Notes under the pieces: model-generated
Told to the model about the DNA's origin: nothing
Databases searched by the model: none
Seen by the model: the letters and a program-made list of their open reading frames with translations, nothing else
Assembly: GCA_951406725.2 (NCBI GenBank)
Contig: OX597814.1
Span: forward strand, 82,150,001-82,214,000
Source of the DNA: Octopus vulgaris
Taxonomy: Eukaryota
Direction of reading: 5' to 3'
DNA length: 64,000 nucleotides
Made by a program: the position numbers and the translations under genes
Shown: in pieces, positions 12,896 through 27,338 of the stretch
How positions within the stretch are numbered: the stretch's first letter is position 1
How the letters are laid out: each line of letters opens with the position of its first letter

Positions 12896-13200
12896 TGGCT
12901 CAGTCGCACTGCGTGGCACCTTAGGCAAGTATCTTCTACTATAGTCTCGGGCCGACCAAAGCCTTATGAGAGGATTTGATAGACGAAAACTGAAAGAAGC
13001 CCATTGTATATATGTATATATATATATATCGCTTGACAACAGATGTTCGTGTGTTTACGTCCCCGTAACTTAGCGGTTCGGCAAGAGAATAAGTACTTAT
13101 AAAGAATTAAGTCCTGGGGTTGATTTATTCGAGTAAAATTATTGCCGTGCTCCAGCATGAACGCAGTCAAATGATTGAAACAAGTAAAAGAATAAAAGAA
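12896..13200 (+). mobile_element. SINE family B (tRNA head, CCTTGGGCAAGT core, internal microsatellite)
   Basis: Matches other copies: CTACTATAG..CCGACCAAAGCCTT..CTGAAAGAAGCCC..GTAACTTAGCGGTTCGGC..GAAACAAGTAAAAG. Confidence 0.85.
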
Positions 13201-13203
13201 TAT

Positions 13204-13263
<60 letters not shown>

Positions 13264-13270
13264 ACATACA

Positions 13271-13335
<65 letters not shown>

Positions 13336-13422
13336 TCGGGGTGAGTACTTGATAATTATAAGCACCTGTGTATACCGTTTGGTGGTGTAGGTGGTGGAGT
13401 AAATTGATCAAAATATTTTGAT

Positions 13423-13510
<88 letters not shown>

Positions 13511-14075
13511 GCATGTATGTATATACTGTCCTCCACCCGCCCACACACACACACACACACACTACACGCATATGCGGAGAATGAGGGAGAATCAAAGGAG
13601 AGCGAAGAGTTTGTTAAGCTGCGGGACAGTCAATAGTGTCACAGATAGCTTAGAGTCATCATTGCCCAGTTCAGAGCAACGCAAGGCGAGGTGATGCTTG
13701 CGGTGTTGACGGGTTCGGTTTCTGTTGTAGTGGTGTAGGACGTGCGGGGGTGGCGTCGACGGAAGTTGCGGTAGTAGTGGAAAGTCAATGGCGCTTTTGA
13801 AATAAGGTGGTTCTCTTTTGTTTGGTGTTGGAGCAAATAAGGGTCGCTATAGTGGCCCCGGACATAAGGCCCACATCGGCGGTGTGTCGCCGTGTGACGT
13901 TGATTATGCTAAGTGGATTGATAACTGCTAGTGGTTTTAATAGAGGTGGTTGCTCAGAGATGGCATAGTAGTAGTAGCAGTAGTTGAAGTGATTTTGGTA
14001 GTTGCGTTGGTGTCAATAAGACGAGATAATGATGATGGTGATGGACTTAGTAGTAGTAGTAGTAGTAGTAGTAGC

Positions 14076-14122
<47 letters not shown>

Positions 14123-14176
14123 CAGCAGCAGCAGCAGCAGCAACAGCAGTAGCAGTAGTACAAGTAGTAATAACGA

Positions 14177-14391
14177 TTTCAAATTTTTGCCACAAGGGCA
14201 GCTTGCGGGGAGGGGATTAAATCGATTACATCGACCTCAGTGCGTAACTGGTACTTATTCATTCCCGAAAGGATGAAAGGCAAAGTCGACTTCGGCGGAA
14301 TTTTGAACTCGGAACTCAGAACGTAGTGGCAGACGAAAAACTGCTAAGCATTTCGCCCAGCGTGCTAACGGTTCTGCCATCTCGCCGCCTT
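14177..14391 (-). mobile_element. SINE family A copy
   Basis: GAAAGGATGAAAGGCAAAGTCGAC..CTAAGCATTTCGCCC..CTCGCCGCCTT. Confidence 0.85.
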
Positions 14392-14480
14392 TGTACTAGT
14401 CGTGATAATAGTAGTCGGTGCTGGTAATAATAGAAGGCGCGGTGGTGGTGGTGATGGTGATAAAAATGGTAGTGGCGGCG

Positions 14481-14540
<60 letters not shown>

Positions 14541-14942
14541 ACGATGATGGTAGAGGTAGTTGCACATTGTAATTGTGGTTGTTAGATTGTGGCGACGGTG
14601 ATAGGCGGGGGAGGGATGGAGGGGGAAGGAAGGAAGGAAGGAAGGAAGGAAGGAAGGGGTGATACTGATGGGGGTGGGTGCTGGTGGTGCTGATGGTGGT
14701 GGTGTTGGTGATGGTCCTGTATTCGACACGACGCTGAACAAGTGAGTGTGACAGGTGCGTCAGGTGATAAACAACAGGTCAGACGCTGTGTGTTTTGTTA
14801 AGTAGTCTCTCACCTTCGGTTCAGCAGCAGCCAGACCCCAACTGCAATGCAGCATTCGTACACTCACACACACACACAAACACACCACTTCCACTCACAC
14901 ATTCACACTTGCATTATGTACCTATTTACCCCTTTCCCTTTT

Positions 14943-15000
<58 letters not shown>

Positions 15001-15034
15001 GACTGATCATATATATCTATATGTATATATACGT

Positions 15035-15812
15035 TGTGTGGTAAGTAGCTTGTTTAACAACCAACTGGTTCCGGGTTCAGTCCCACTGCGTAGCACCTTG
15101 GGCAAATGTCTTCTACTATAGCTTCGGGCCGACCAAAGCCTTGTGAGTGGATTTGATAGACGGAAGCTGAAAGAAGCCCGTCGTATATATGTGTATATAT
15201 CTTTTTCTTTTTTCTCTTTTTTACTTGTTTCAGTCATTTGACTGCGGCTATGCTGGAGCATCGCCTTTAGTCGAGCAAATCGACCCCGGGACTTATTCTT
15301 TGTAAGCCCAGTACTTATTCAATCGGTCTCTTTTGCCGAACCGGGGACGTAATCTCACCAGCATCGGTTGTCAAGCAATGCTAGGGGGACAAACACAGAC
15401 ACACAAACATATACACACGCATACATATAAATATACATATATACGACAGGCTTCTTTCAGTTTCCGTCTACCAAATTCACTCACAAGGCATTAGTCGGTC
15501 TGGGGCTATAGCAGAAGACACTTACCCAAGATGCCACGCAGTGGGACTGAACCCGGAACCATGTGGTTGGTAAGCAAGCTACTTACCACACAGTCACTAT
15601 ATATATATGTATGTGTCTGTGAGTGCGTGTGTGTGTATATATATGTTTGTGTGTTGTGTTTGTCCCCCCAACATCGCTTGACAACCGATGCTGGTGTATT
15701 TACGTCCCCGTAACTTAGCGGTTCGGCAAAAGAGACCGATAGAATAAGTACTAGGCTTACAAAGAATAAGTCCTGGGGGCGATTTGTTCGACTAAAGGCG
15801 GTGCTCCAGCAT
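15035..15812. mobile_element. Nested SINE family B: + strand copy split by a near full-length - strand copy (15218-15598)
   Basis: + head 15035-15185, inverted copy 15218-15598, + tail 15650-15812. Confidence 0.85.
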
Positions 15813-15817
15813 GAAAG

Positions 15818-15870
<53 letters not shown>

Positions 15871-15875
15871 TTGTA

Positions 15876-15940
<65 letters not shown>

Positions 15941-16289
15941 ATGTGTATCTTTATGTGCGCACGCGTGTTTGTATGTGTGTGTGTGTGTATGAGAGAGAGA
16001 GAAAGAGAGAGAAAATCGTTCTTTTTGCAGAGTCTAGACCAGTCGCAAAGACAGTATGAGGGCTTCTTTCATTGATTCATGATAATTCCAGGAAGTTGTG
16101 AATTTGTGAATTAGTATGTGGATCTGTGTAGGTGTACGGGTGGATCCAGGCGCACCCGTGTAAAATGTGTAGATTCTCGTGCATGTGTATGTGTGCGTGT
16201 GTGTGTTTCTGTGCGACTACTGTAATGTTTCTGTGTGTACACCAAATGCACATATGCGACTGTATGTATATGCTCACCCCAGGAGACGG

Positions 16290-16680
16290 TCGTTTAAACA
16301 TTTTACAAACATAGACAAATGCAGTAAATATTGATATAATTTGTAATCAACGTTGAGAAACTGCAAGTTTCGCGGCAGTCGTTGATAAATGTCCTCCTTC
16401 CTACTGATTCTAAAAGAAATGTTCTTATCTGCGGGGCAGTTGGCTCCTCTAACTGATTGTATATGATCTTTTTTGTCGCAAATAATTATATTAAGCATAT
16501 TATGTTTACACTTCACGTAAGTTTTTATAGGAATGTCGTGCCAAATGCAAATATTGCAGTCCTGGTGTAGTTGTTTGAGAAAGGAAAGATAAATTGCATA
16601 CATTACAGAGGTTAGTTGCTTGGTAGATGAGGACATTTCTGTCATAAACTGCGAGAAAGAGAACATCTTTGGACAACTGT
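16290..16680 (-). mobile_element. R4/Dong-like LINE 3' fragment, same family as 5270 and 6990
   Basis: ORF 16274-16666: WHDIPIKTYVKCKHN..NCPADKNISFRISRKEDIYQRLPRNLQFL. Confidence 0.7.
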
Positions 16681-17899
16681 TTGAAACCTTGAGGTTCTAA
16701 GCTCTGATTAGGAATTGACATTTTTATTTGAAATAATTTATGTATTTGGCTACGTTGCTAAGTGCTTAAAAGGGAACAACGTGGGTTTTAATCAGTTAAC
16801 ACGCACTTTACAAATATTATCTGTCTATCTCTATGCGCAGCAATAAAATATGTAAGCTTTTTTTTTTTTTTTTGCATTTCAATATGAAGGTCTTTACCAT
16901 TGTTGTCATCATCTAAGTTTAAATGTTCTGCATTTAAACTCGTCAGTGGGAAAATACTTTTTGAAGGGTTCATTCCCGGCACAGAAAATATTGTTGTTTT
17001 TTCATTTGCGAATACTTGGTTAATGTATTTAATTTCAGCGGTGGTGCCCCAGCATGGCCGCGGCCTTCGGGCTAAAACATTTTTAAGGATTTAAGGATTT
17101 AACTACTGTTTTTTATCATACGCTATCTGAGTGATACTGTATGATATCGAAATTCTACTAGTACTGATCTTAAGCATCTTACTCCGTTTTACTTCTGGGA
17201 TAGATTCCATTCAATATTACTATCTCTGTGGCAGTTTCCACTTGATGGCAAGGTCTTGGGATATATTTCCTCTATTGACCGGTGAAGTATTCCAAACGTT
17301 ACTTAAAGATCCGTCTGGCGCATCCTTTTAAAAATATGGTGTAATATTATTTGGTCATTCTATCTTTTCTCACAGCACATGTATATGTATGTGCGTGTGT
17401 GCATGTATGTATGTATGTATGTATGTATGTATGTATGTATGTATGTATGTATGTATGTATGTATGTATGTATGTATGTATGTATGTATGTATGTATGTAT
17501 GTATGTATGTATGTATGTATGTATGTATTAATAGGAGTATTTCAATATAAAACAGTTATTCAGTCTACGTTGCACATATTTCAGAGACTGGTTTTTGTGG
17601 TTCACAAAAGAGTCAGAAGTCAAATTCTTAGCTACCCCTTATATCTTAAGTGTGACAGAGCTAAACACTCAAATTGTAAGTTCGATCTATTCGACTAGTT
17701 TCCACTTTTCATCAACTCGATTATACTCACAAGGATTTGGTTGAACCGAGGCTATGGTAATAGACATTTACACAAGTTGTTATGACAATGGGATCGAAAC
17801 TAGGATCTTGTGATTGCGAAGCGAAGAGGTCAGCCACTCTGTCAGGATGTGTCTTAACTGTATTCTTTTTTATTGTATCTCTGACTAGGTCAATAAGAC

Positions 17900-18400
17900 C
17901 TCATTTACAAGAAATATTCGAGATCTATACTTATGGAGTCGGTGAATGTTCGGACAGAGATTACAAGAGGATAATATCTATTTCCAGAAGATTAATGAAG
18001 AGCTGCGTCTAACGTCATCTCCTTAACGATAGCAAGCGCCGGCACAACTTGGCAACAATATTGTATTCTTTTCTTATTCAGAAAAATATAACTTTTAGGA
18101 CCAAACTAGATGTAGCAGGTCACTGTCAATAACACTGGCAACATATAATCCTGTACAATCTGTTATATATTTGTGCCGTCGATGACTTAAACCGACACCT
18201 CACCAAATTGGCCTGGAGAGGGATGCACGTATCCTGGTAAAACGAAAACAAAATCTATCAAAATGACGGATGAGCCCTGTATAGAGTCGATGGTTAACTA
18301 GCAATAGTACATGAAGAAATACTTGAAATGGTGAACAAGTGCACTTTAATAGCGCTTTATAGGTGATGAAGCCCATGTTTTTGTCAGATTATCTGCTTAC
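17900..18400 (+). pseudogene. Highly degraded piggyBac-like transposase remnant
   Basis: Fragments in the expected order: FEIYT, ITLATY..V..LCRR, LIALYR (cf. DFEIYTG, VTLLST..CRRW, MGGVD..LIALYR). Confidence 0.35.
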
Positions 18401-20032
18401 TAGAATATTAGATAGGACTACTTAGTTGTGCTCGGGACAACCTATCTGCTCCACTCTGCTGTCAGGAAGACGAATGTTGAAAAACAAGCTGTGACGGTTT
18501 ACAATAGATTGAGTTCCTAGCAGCTTCCTATTGCTGGAGGAGATTTCAGTCATTTTGATTCATCTTTGTCATTGGATCTATACCCTCCACAACGAAGATA
18601 TTGACACTGAGAAATGCACACCTACAACGCCCTAATTATAAAGCGTCATTTTGCAGAAATCTTCTGCAATGTGAAACAGTCATGGATTTCATGAATCGCT
18701 GTCGTCGTTGCTGTGATCGTGTAACACGTGCGTCAGCAGCTATGAAGTACCACTGTTTCTGCAGTTTCACTGTTTGTGAGTGCACATAAAAGTATCCCAC
18801 AAACAGCAGCAGATATGATTCTTCGTTTAATAGAGCAGTTGAATTCTCTGTTACAGTTGCTCTTTAAGTAGTCATCAAAGGAGCCCCATTTGAGGGAGAA
18901 GTTGATCGTCATCTAATTAGATGGACAACCACAGGTAAGCAAGATTGTCTACGCGAAAATAAAAGTGATTAGAATTCACCGAGATTTCCACTTAATATTT
19001 ACACTTCGTGTCTTAGGTACTTTGTTTCGTAAATATATATAAATTAATAAAATTCAAATATCTTTATTTGTCTAATAGTTGTAGTGCGTTTACACACACA
19101 CACACACACACACATTCTCAGTTAGCAGAAACACATGTGTATACTGAGGATATTTACCTATTTTAATGCATTTGTCTTTAGTAAGACACGAAGCTGCAAA
19201 AATCGTTACTATACCGGGCAAAACGCTTAGCGGTATTCCGTCCATCTTTATGTTCTGGGTTCAAATACCACCGAGGTCGACTTTACCTTTCATCCTTTCG
19301 GGTGGGGGTGACAAAATAAGTACCAGCTAATCATTGGGGTCGACGAAATCGACCTACATACACACCCGAAACAGTTGGCCTTGTTGCAAAATTCGAAACC
19401 AATATATTTGCCTTCAGTTACGATTAAGATTTAATAGATTTCAAGTTACCGCTGAAATTATGAAGTGTGTTATGAAAAAGCATGGGCCTCTGCTAATTTT
19501 GATATTGTAAGAAATTCTCTTCGGTAATTCTTATTAATCATTTTCAGTGCCACATATGGAGATAAACCTGCATTTTTAATTATATCACTTCCTTTATCCA
19601 TGATTAATCTACATAACATTTTGTAACTTATACTTTGTTAAAATATTTTGATTACTATTATTTATTCAAATTTCAGTAATATTTCACTATATCAAAGTTT
19701 ACTTTCAGTCATTTGAAGACTTCAAAAAACTAGTTTGCAAGCAGTAATTATCTTTTTAAATAAACTTAATTTATCGTCCTATCCGACAAATTTAAGGTAG
19801 ACTGTTTCATGTTATCTGATTACAATTATAGGTATGAAGTCAATGAGATTTACTATAGTCAACTAATACATTCCCCGCCACAGTTTAGAATATCAATTTT
19901 ACGTTCAAACTGTTGTCCCTTTCGACATTTATTCTGAATCTGTCTCTGATTCAATTCATGTCCAGGGCATCTTTCTAGGAGATATATGATTTGTAACCGT
20001 ATTACTAGACGCCTTACTCCATTTACATACAC

Positions 20033-20128
<96 letters not shown>

Positions 20129-20220
20129 ACCTACCTACCTACTTACCTACCTACCTACCTACCTAATTCTCTCTCTCTGTTTTTTCTCTTTTTCTCTCAC
20201 TGTATATATATATTCTTTTA

Positions 20221-20717
<497 letters not shown>

Positions 20718-21179
20718 CACATACACACATATATATGTGTATATATACATACATACATACATACATACATACATACATACATACATACATACATACATAC
20801 ATACATACATACATACATACATACATACATACATACATACATACATACATACATAGCAATTTCTGTCTGCTTGTGGCTCTGTGTGTGTGTTTGTGAATTT
20901 GTTACTTTAACCCCGAGACTATCCAAAATTTTCAATCAGCATCGATTTTTCAAAAATCAGTAGGACATTTCAATGCAAATTCTCACATGAATGTTATTTT
21001 CTGCCAGAATTATTAAAGTTTTCAGTCGATTTTCTTGAAATTTTATTCACAGATGGAATATGCGCTTTTTTATCTGAGCCACTCAAGCAAAGCGTAAGGA
21101 GATTTTTGTTTAACGAAATTTGGCCTAAATTGTTGTGGAGTTGAAATGGTCATCAATAATTTCAGCATTCTCAGGGTGC

Positions 21180-21385
21180 TGTAACATGTATTTTCGTAAC
21201 ACCTGCACTTAAAATTATCGATTCCAAACGTTGCAGTATTGTGTGATAAAACAAGTAACATGTAGTTTCTTAACACCTGCACTTCAAATTATCGATTCCA
21301 AACTTTGCAGTATTGTGTGATAAAACATGTAACATGTATTTTCTTAACACCTGCACTTCAAATTATCGATTCTAACCGTCGCAAT
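21180..21385. repeat. 74-bp tandem repeat, about 2.7 copies, inside a probable Helitron-like element (~20860-21932)
   Basis: GTAACATGTA recurs at 21181, 21255 and 21329. Confidence 0.85.
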
Positions 21386-22038
21386 CGATATTTGATTCCC
21401 ACGATTGGTGGAATTATACCCACGAAACACAGTCGTCAAAGTAAGTGCATGTGCACTTAAAATTTTCCCTCGGGTTGCAAGAGAATTTGCCGCAAAATGA
21501 CGAAAATCGTAATTTTTGTATGCTTTTTTCCTCTCCTCATAGCACCTTATGACTCTTATGACCGTCACGTCGCTTCAAGGTGCCTCTGCACTCCAGCCGT
21601 TGTTGTAAGTATAACATTTCTTTGCTCTAAATAATTTTTTTGTTTACTTTTCAAACTTTTATTATATTTTTTTCACAGCACTCCTTTACAATTCCATTCT
21701 TGATGTTTCCATTGTTTATATATTCGCAGCTTTCCACTCACCTGACCAAACAATTGTCATTTTCCGATTCCACACGTATTTATCTGCATTATTGTTTCGT
21801 GAATGAATTTGCTTACGCCTTCTATTATCTGTTCTATGTCCTTGATTTCATTTTTGTCTGAGAGAAATTGGGCATTGGAATAGGTACTGGGAATATCCCC
21901 GCTACTAGATATTACTAGGTACCTCAGTTAGTATATATATATATATATATAATTTTAATCCAAACGGGAAAACAAAAAAACAACAACAATGGAACAATTA
22001 CAGTATTATTATTAATAGGCGCTCAGGAAATGGAAGCA

Positions 22039-22076
<38 letters not shown>

Positions 22077-22147
22077 GTATGTATATATGTGTATACATAT
22101 ATACACATATATATGTATGTATGTATGAATGTATGTGTGTATGTATG

Positions 22148-22206
<59 letters not shown>

Positions 22207-22314
22207 ATATATAAAATTAGTAGTGCGTTAGCACTTATCAAACTACCTTGATAAGTGCCAAGTGTCAACGTACGAAATTCTTGCACCTTGAGTCACTCTG
22301 TTACGTCTGCTATA

Positions 22315-22355
<41 letters not shown>

Positions 22356-22541
22356 CAATAAATGGAACAAGAACGTAACAGGCGACAACAAAACACCCGG
22401 AAAGTTAAACGATACAAAAAAGGACAGGGATAAACAAGGACGGGTCATTCGGAGATTTCTATCGTCAGTCGAGTTTCAGATTGTCGTTGCAGTTTCGGCC
22501 GGTTACCGGTGTACGTACACTTTTGGTCTCCTGTATGTAAG

Positions 22542-22718
<177 letters not shown>

Positions 22719-23149
22719 AAGGTGTATAATTGTGTATAGAAGAATATATTAGTCACGTTATTATTTCCAATTTTATTAATATTGTAATTTTACAATATTG
22801 AAACAAACTAGTACGTTCATGCGTTATACAATCGTCAGCTTTATGTAGTGACAGTCGTGTTCCACTATTGACAACTGTATGTGTGGGTGTGAGTGTGTGT
22901 ATACATATTTTATGTTATGATTAGAAGTGATACACACACACACGTACACACACACACATGCTAACACACACACACATTTCGTGTTATACTTAGCAGCGAC
23001 GCACTTTATCCGAATTTTTTAACTCACGTCCAGAAAGACAAGCAACTCCAAATTCGTGTTACACTATCCGTGTAAAAGATGTAAGTACAGACTAGCTTCT
23101 AATGGCATGGAGTTGTGTATAGCATATAATAATAAAGTCAAATCAAAAA

Positions 23150-24075
23150 TTGGTTACAAACTTTGGCACAAGGCCAGAAATTTCAGCTGAGGGGGCAAGT
23201 CGATTACATCGACCCCAGTAGACAGCTGACACTTATTTTATCGACACTGAAAAGATGAAAGGCAAAGTCGACCATGGTGGCATTCGAAGTTAAAACGTAA
23301 AAAACGGACGAAATGTCCCAAATCATTTTGTTTGGCGTTCTAACGATTCTGCCAGCTCGCTGCTTTCAGTCAAACCAAATATTGGTTTCATACGGCCAGT
23401 CGAACTAAGTATTAATATTTTGAATGCATTAATGCATTCAAAGCATTTGGCTTGACAAGGCGGCGAGTTGACAGAATCGTTAGCACGTCGGGCGAAATGC
23501 TTAGCGGTATTTCGTCTGCCGTTACGTTCTGAGTTCAAATTCCGCAGAGGTCGACTTTACCTTTCATCGTTTCGGGGTCGATTAAATAAGTACCAGTTAT
23601 GCACTGGGGTCGATATAATCGACTTAATCCGTTTGTCTGTTCTTGTTTGTCCCCTCTATGTGTAGCCCCTTGTGGGCAGTAAAGAAATAGGTATTTCGTC
23701 TGTTTTTACGTTCTGAGTTCAAATTCCGCCGGGGTCGACTTTGTTTTTGATCCTTTCGGAGTCGATAAATAAGTACAAGTTGCGTACTGGGGTCGATCTA
23801 ATCGACTGGACCCCTCCCTAATTTCGGGGATTGTGCCTAGAGTAGAAAAGAATATTTCACTTGACTTAAGGCGACGATCTGACAAAACTGTTAGCACGCA
23901 AAATGCTTAGCAGTATTCTGTCCGTCTTTATGTTCTCAGTTCAAATTCCACCGAGGTCGACTTTGCCAACTATTCTGGGTCGATAAAATAAGTACCATTT
24001 AAGTACAGGAGTCAAATGTAATTGATTTACTCTATCCTCCGAAGCTGCTGGCCTTGTACCAAAATTTGAAGCCTA
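23150..24075. mobile_element. Cluster of four SINE family A copies (one -, three +; full copy 23457-23690)
   Basis: Repeated AAATGCTTAGC..GTTCTGAGTTCAAATTCC..GTCGACTTT..GTCGAT..AAGTAC. Confidence 0.9.
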
Positions 24076-24091
24076 TATTTAGTTCGACTTT

Positions 24092-24163
<72 letters not shown>

Positions 24164-24270
24164 CCTGCTCGCTTAGCCAGCGGGGTGGCGTCATTTAATG
24201 GCTAAAACAATGCGAAGTGCATTGTGAACCAGTGATGTGTAGCAACATATGATAGCCTGGTCGATCACGG

Positions 24271-24306
<36 letters not shown>

Positions 24307-24419
24307 TTCTTTTTTTTTCAATTACAATTCATTATAAACGTAAATCTACGAAATATAGACTCCAAGCCAAGAGTATTCTTCTTTTCCCCTATTGCTAAGA
24401 AGTTGTATATTAATTACCC

Positions 24420-24451
<32 letters not shown>

Positions 24452-24709
24452 ATCTCTATCTCTCTTAATTGCCTTTACATGTACATATATACATAGGTAT
24501 CCATTGAAATTTAATAAGCATTTATTTAAATTGACGGTAAAAATAAATTCTCAGATGTAAGGTTTTACATAGTCCCACGACCTCATTGTGTGCTTTGTCT
24601 GCAATTTTCCAAAGCAGTACTTCATTACTGTACATAGTTCATTACTTATCAATTATTGACAAGGTCATAAGATCAAAACAGCCTACAGTCTGTTATTAAA
24701 CAATAAATG

Positions 24710-24747
<38 letters not shown>

Positions 24748-24907
24748 TCATATGTACAACATTCAAAAAAATATACACTCATATGTACAACATTCAAAAA
24801 AATATACACGTATATAGATTATTTATGAACATTCATATAATTTTCTTAACCTTGACAAACGTTGTTGTTGTTGTTGTTGTTCTTCTTCTTCTTCTTCTTC
24901 TTCTACT

Positions 24908-24970
<63 letters not shown>

Positions 24971-25031
24971 CTTCCATATAACTCTGTTATATATTTCTGT
25001 TATATATTTCTGTTATATGTAATTCACCGTA

Positions 25032-25392
25032 AGGCACAATAGCCCAGTGGTTAGGGCAGCGGACTCGCGGTCGTAGGATCGCGGTTTCGATTCCCAGCCC
25101 GGGCGTTGTGAATGATTATTGAGCGAAAACACTCGAAACTCCAAGAAGCTCCAGCAGGTGGTGGTGGCGAACCACAACTTTTTCTCACTCTTTCTTCCTG
25201 TTTCTGTTGTACTTATATTTCGAAGGGGCCAGCCTTGTCACACTCTGTGCCACACTGAATCTCCCCGAGAACTACGTGAAGGGTACACGTGTCTGTGGAG
25301 GGCTCGGCCACTTACACGTTAATTTCACGAGCAGGCTGTTCCGTTGATCAGATCAACTGGAACCCTCGTCATCGTAACCGACGGAGTGCCAC
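25032..25392 (+). mobile_element. tRNA-derived SINE, family C
   Basis: A box TAGCCCAGTGG, B box GTTTCGATTCC, followed by about 280 bp of non-tRNA body; not a complete cloverleaf. Confidence 0.75.
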
Positions 25393-25965
25393 GATATGTA
25401 AGTTACTCTTTGATCTCCATTCAGATAGCTGTCGATTCGAAATGTTCTCTCTCTCTCTCTCACTCTTTAGCAGCAGGTGTTGTTTATAGATACGAAATAC
25501 CAGACACTTGTTAATATGTCATTTCCTTCTTTCTTTGTCTGGGACGAGAACGGTTTGGGACACACATACATTAAAAGAGAGAACGAAACAGAGAGTGAAA
25601 AATGCTTTATAAAATGTGTTAACAGCTGTTGGTCATACAGACTTGAACTTGATAGGCGAAACCAGCAGTCGATGTATATTTATACCCAGAAAATGAATAT
25701 TTGCCTATCAATTTCATCTAATCATTAAGATTGAGATATCGAGTCACGAAATAGTAGACAATCTGGAAAATTATTTCGAAACTTTCATTGATGCAATAAA
25801 AAAATGAGTCCAATAAAATAGATGAGATAATATTGGGTAAATTTATAGAATTTTACTGCCCATTCAATAGTTTTCTTGAACTACGATCTCAAAATTTCGG
25901 ATGAATTCTTTTATCATTTGTGTTTAACTTGTTTCAACCATTAGACTGCGGCCATGCATTAAATA

Positions 25966-26474
25966 TCTCTATATTATAAATCTGAAATACGAAAAGTTTG
26001 TTTGTTTGTTTGTCTGTCTGGTTTTGGCATTGAGAACGGGTTAAAGGCCACTAGATCCCGCCGGATTGACTCCAAAATTTACAGGGACATGTAAAATGAG
26101 GTGAGGATGCGAGTGGGCTAGGTTAGAAATCTCTATCTTAAAAGATGTCGTTGCTAGGCCCAAAAACGCACATTGACAAGTCTACTCTCATTCTTTTATG
26201 TATCTGTCTTCCTCTGTCACTCACTCTCTTTCCTCTCTTCCCATCACTTTCTATATATAACGTCGTTTAACAGCGTCTAACTCCCCTTCACTTTCTATAT
26301 ATAACGTCGTCAAACAGCGTTCTATATCTCCCCCTCCCAGCCTTCGACAGCGCTTTCACACACACTCTCTCTCTCTCTCTCTCTCTCTCTACGTCTGTCT
26401 GCATTCATAGACAGAATTATCATCGCCACCACCACCACGCAATCATTATGAATCAGATATTTATTGGGTTAATT

Positions 26475-26514
<40 letters not shown>

Positions 26515-27030
26515 CTATATATAAATATGTATATATAATGTATATATACAAAGTGTATATATCTGTATTTATGTATATTAAACTTTTTAATACTTTTTGG
26601 TAGTTATATATATATTTTTTAAAAATTATAAATATAAATTAATAATTTTAATTTTAAATTTAAATAATTTAAATTTTATATTTTATATATTTTGTATATT
26701 ATATTTTTATTTTTATGTTTTGGTTTATGTTTTTCACTGTTTGATTTGCCTAATAGTGGTTTTATCTCTAATTTAATTTATATATATATATATATATATA
26801 ATTTGTATACATTTGTATATATATATATATAATGCGTATATATATATATATGTATAATGTGTGCTTTATGTGGTCGGTTGTGCTGAAAATATGGACACCT
26901 ATGTTAAAAGTGCTGGCGAGTTTGCATGGCAACTATTTTTTTCCTCAAATGAAAGGCGTGACCTCTAGGACAAAATTCCTCATCTTATAAAATGTAACCC
27001 GAGTAGACCCGAATGAAATCGGGTTATATT
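25966..27030 (+). mobile_element. Non-autonomous Helitron-like element (3' boundary uncertain)
   Basis: a|TCTCTATATTATAAA..(GTTT)n(GTCT)n 5' signature; CCCGA..TCGGG hairpin near 27008-27023. Confidence 0.5.
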
Positions 27031-27338
27031 AACCAAAATGTAAAAAGGTCTAAATGGGGCTTGAAGGGGATTAAAATTTAAAGGAGCGGGTGTTTAGGAA
27101 TTCTCTGTTACATGAAGCTAAAAAATTTGCGCCAGCCTTTAAATCGTCAATGTGTTGCCGTCCATGATGAAGAAGTTTTGAATGCTTGCCATGGTGAGTC
27201 TACTGTCGTGAGAAAGAACCACTTCAAAGCTTGGTGTTTAGGAATTTTCTTTTATATCAAGTTCAAAATTTTACGCCAGCCGTTAAACTGCCACTATGTT
27301 ACTGTCCGTCGTTAAGAAATGCCAGCCATATCACATAT

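Noticed and set aside
24740-24809. 31-bp direct duplication
   Set aside because: Simple slippage beside (TA)n
25032-25105. Possible tRNA genes (also 30249 and 33760)
   Set aside because: A and B boxes are present but acceptor stems are poor, and each continues into a SINE body or tail
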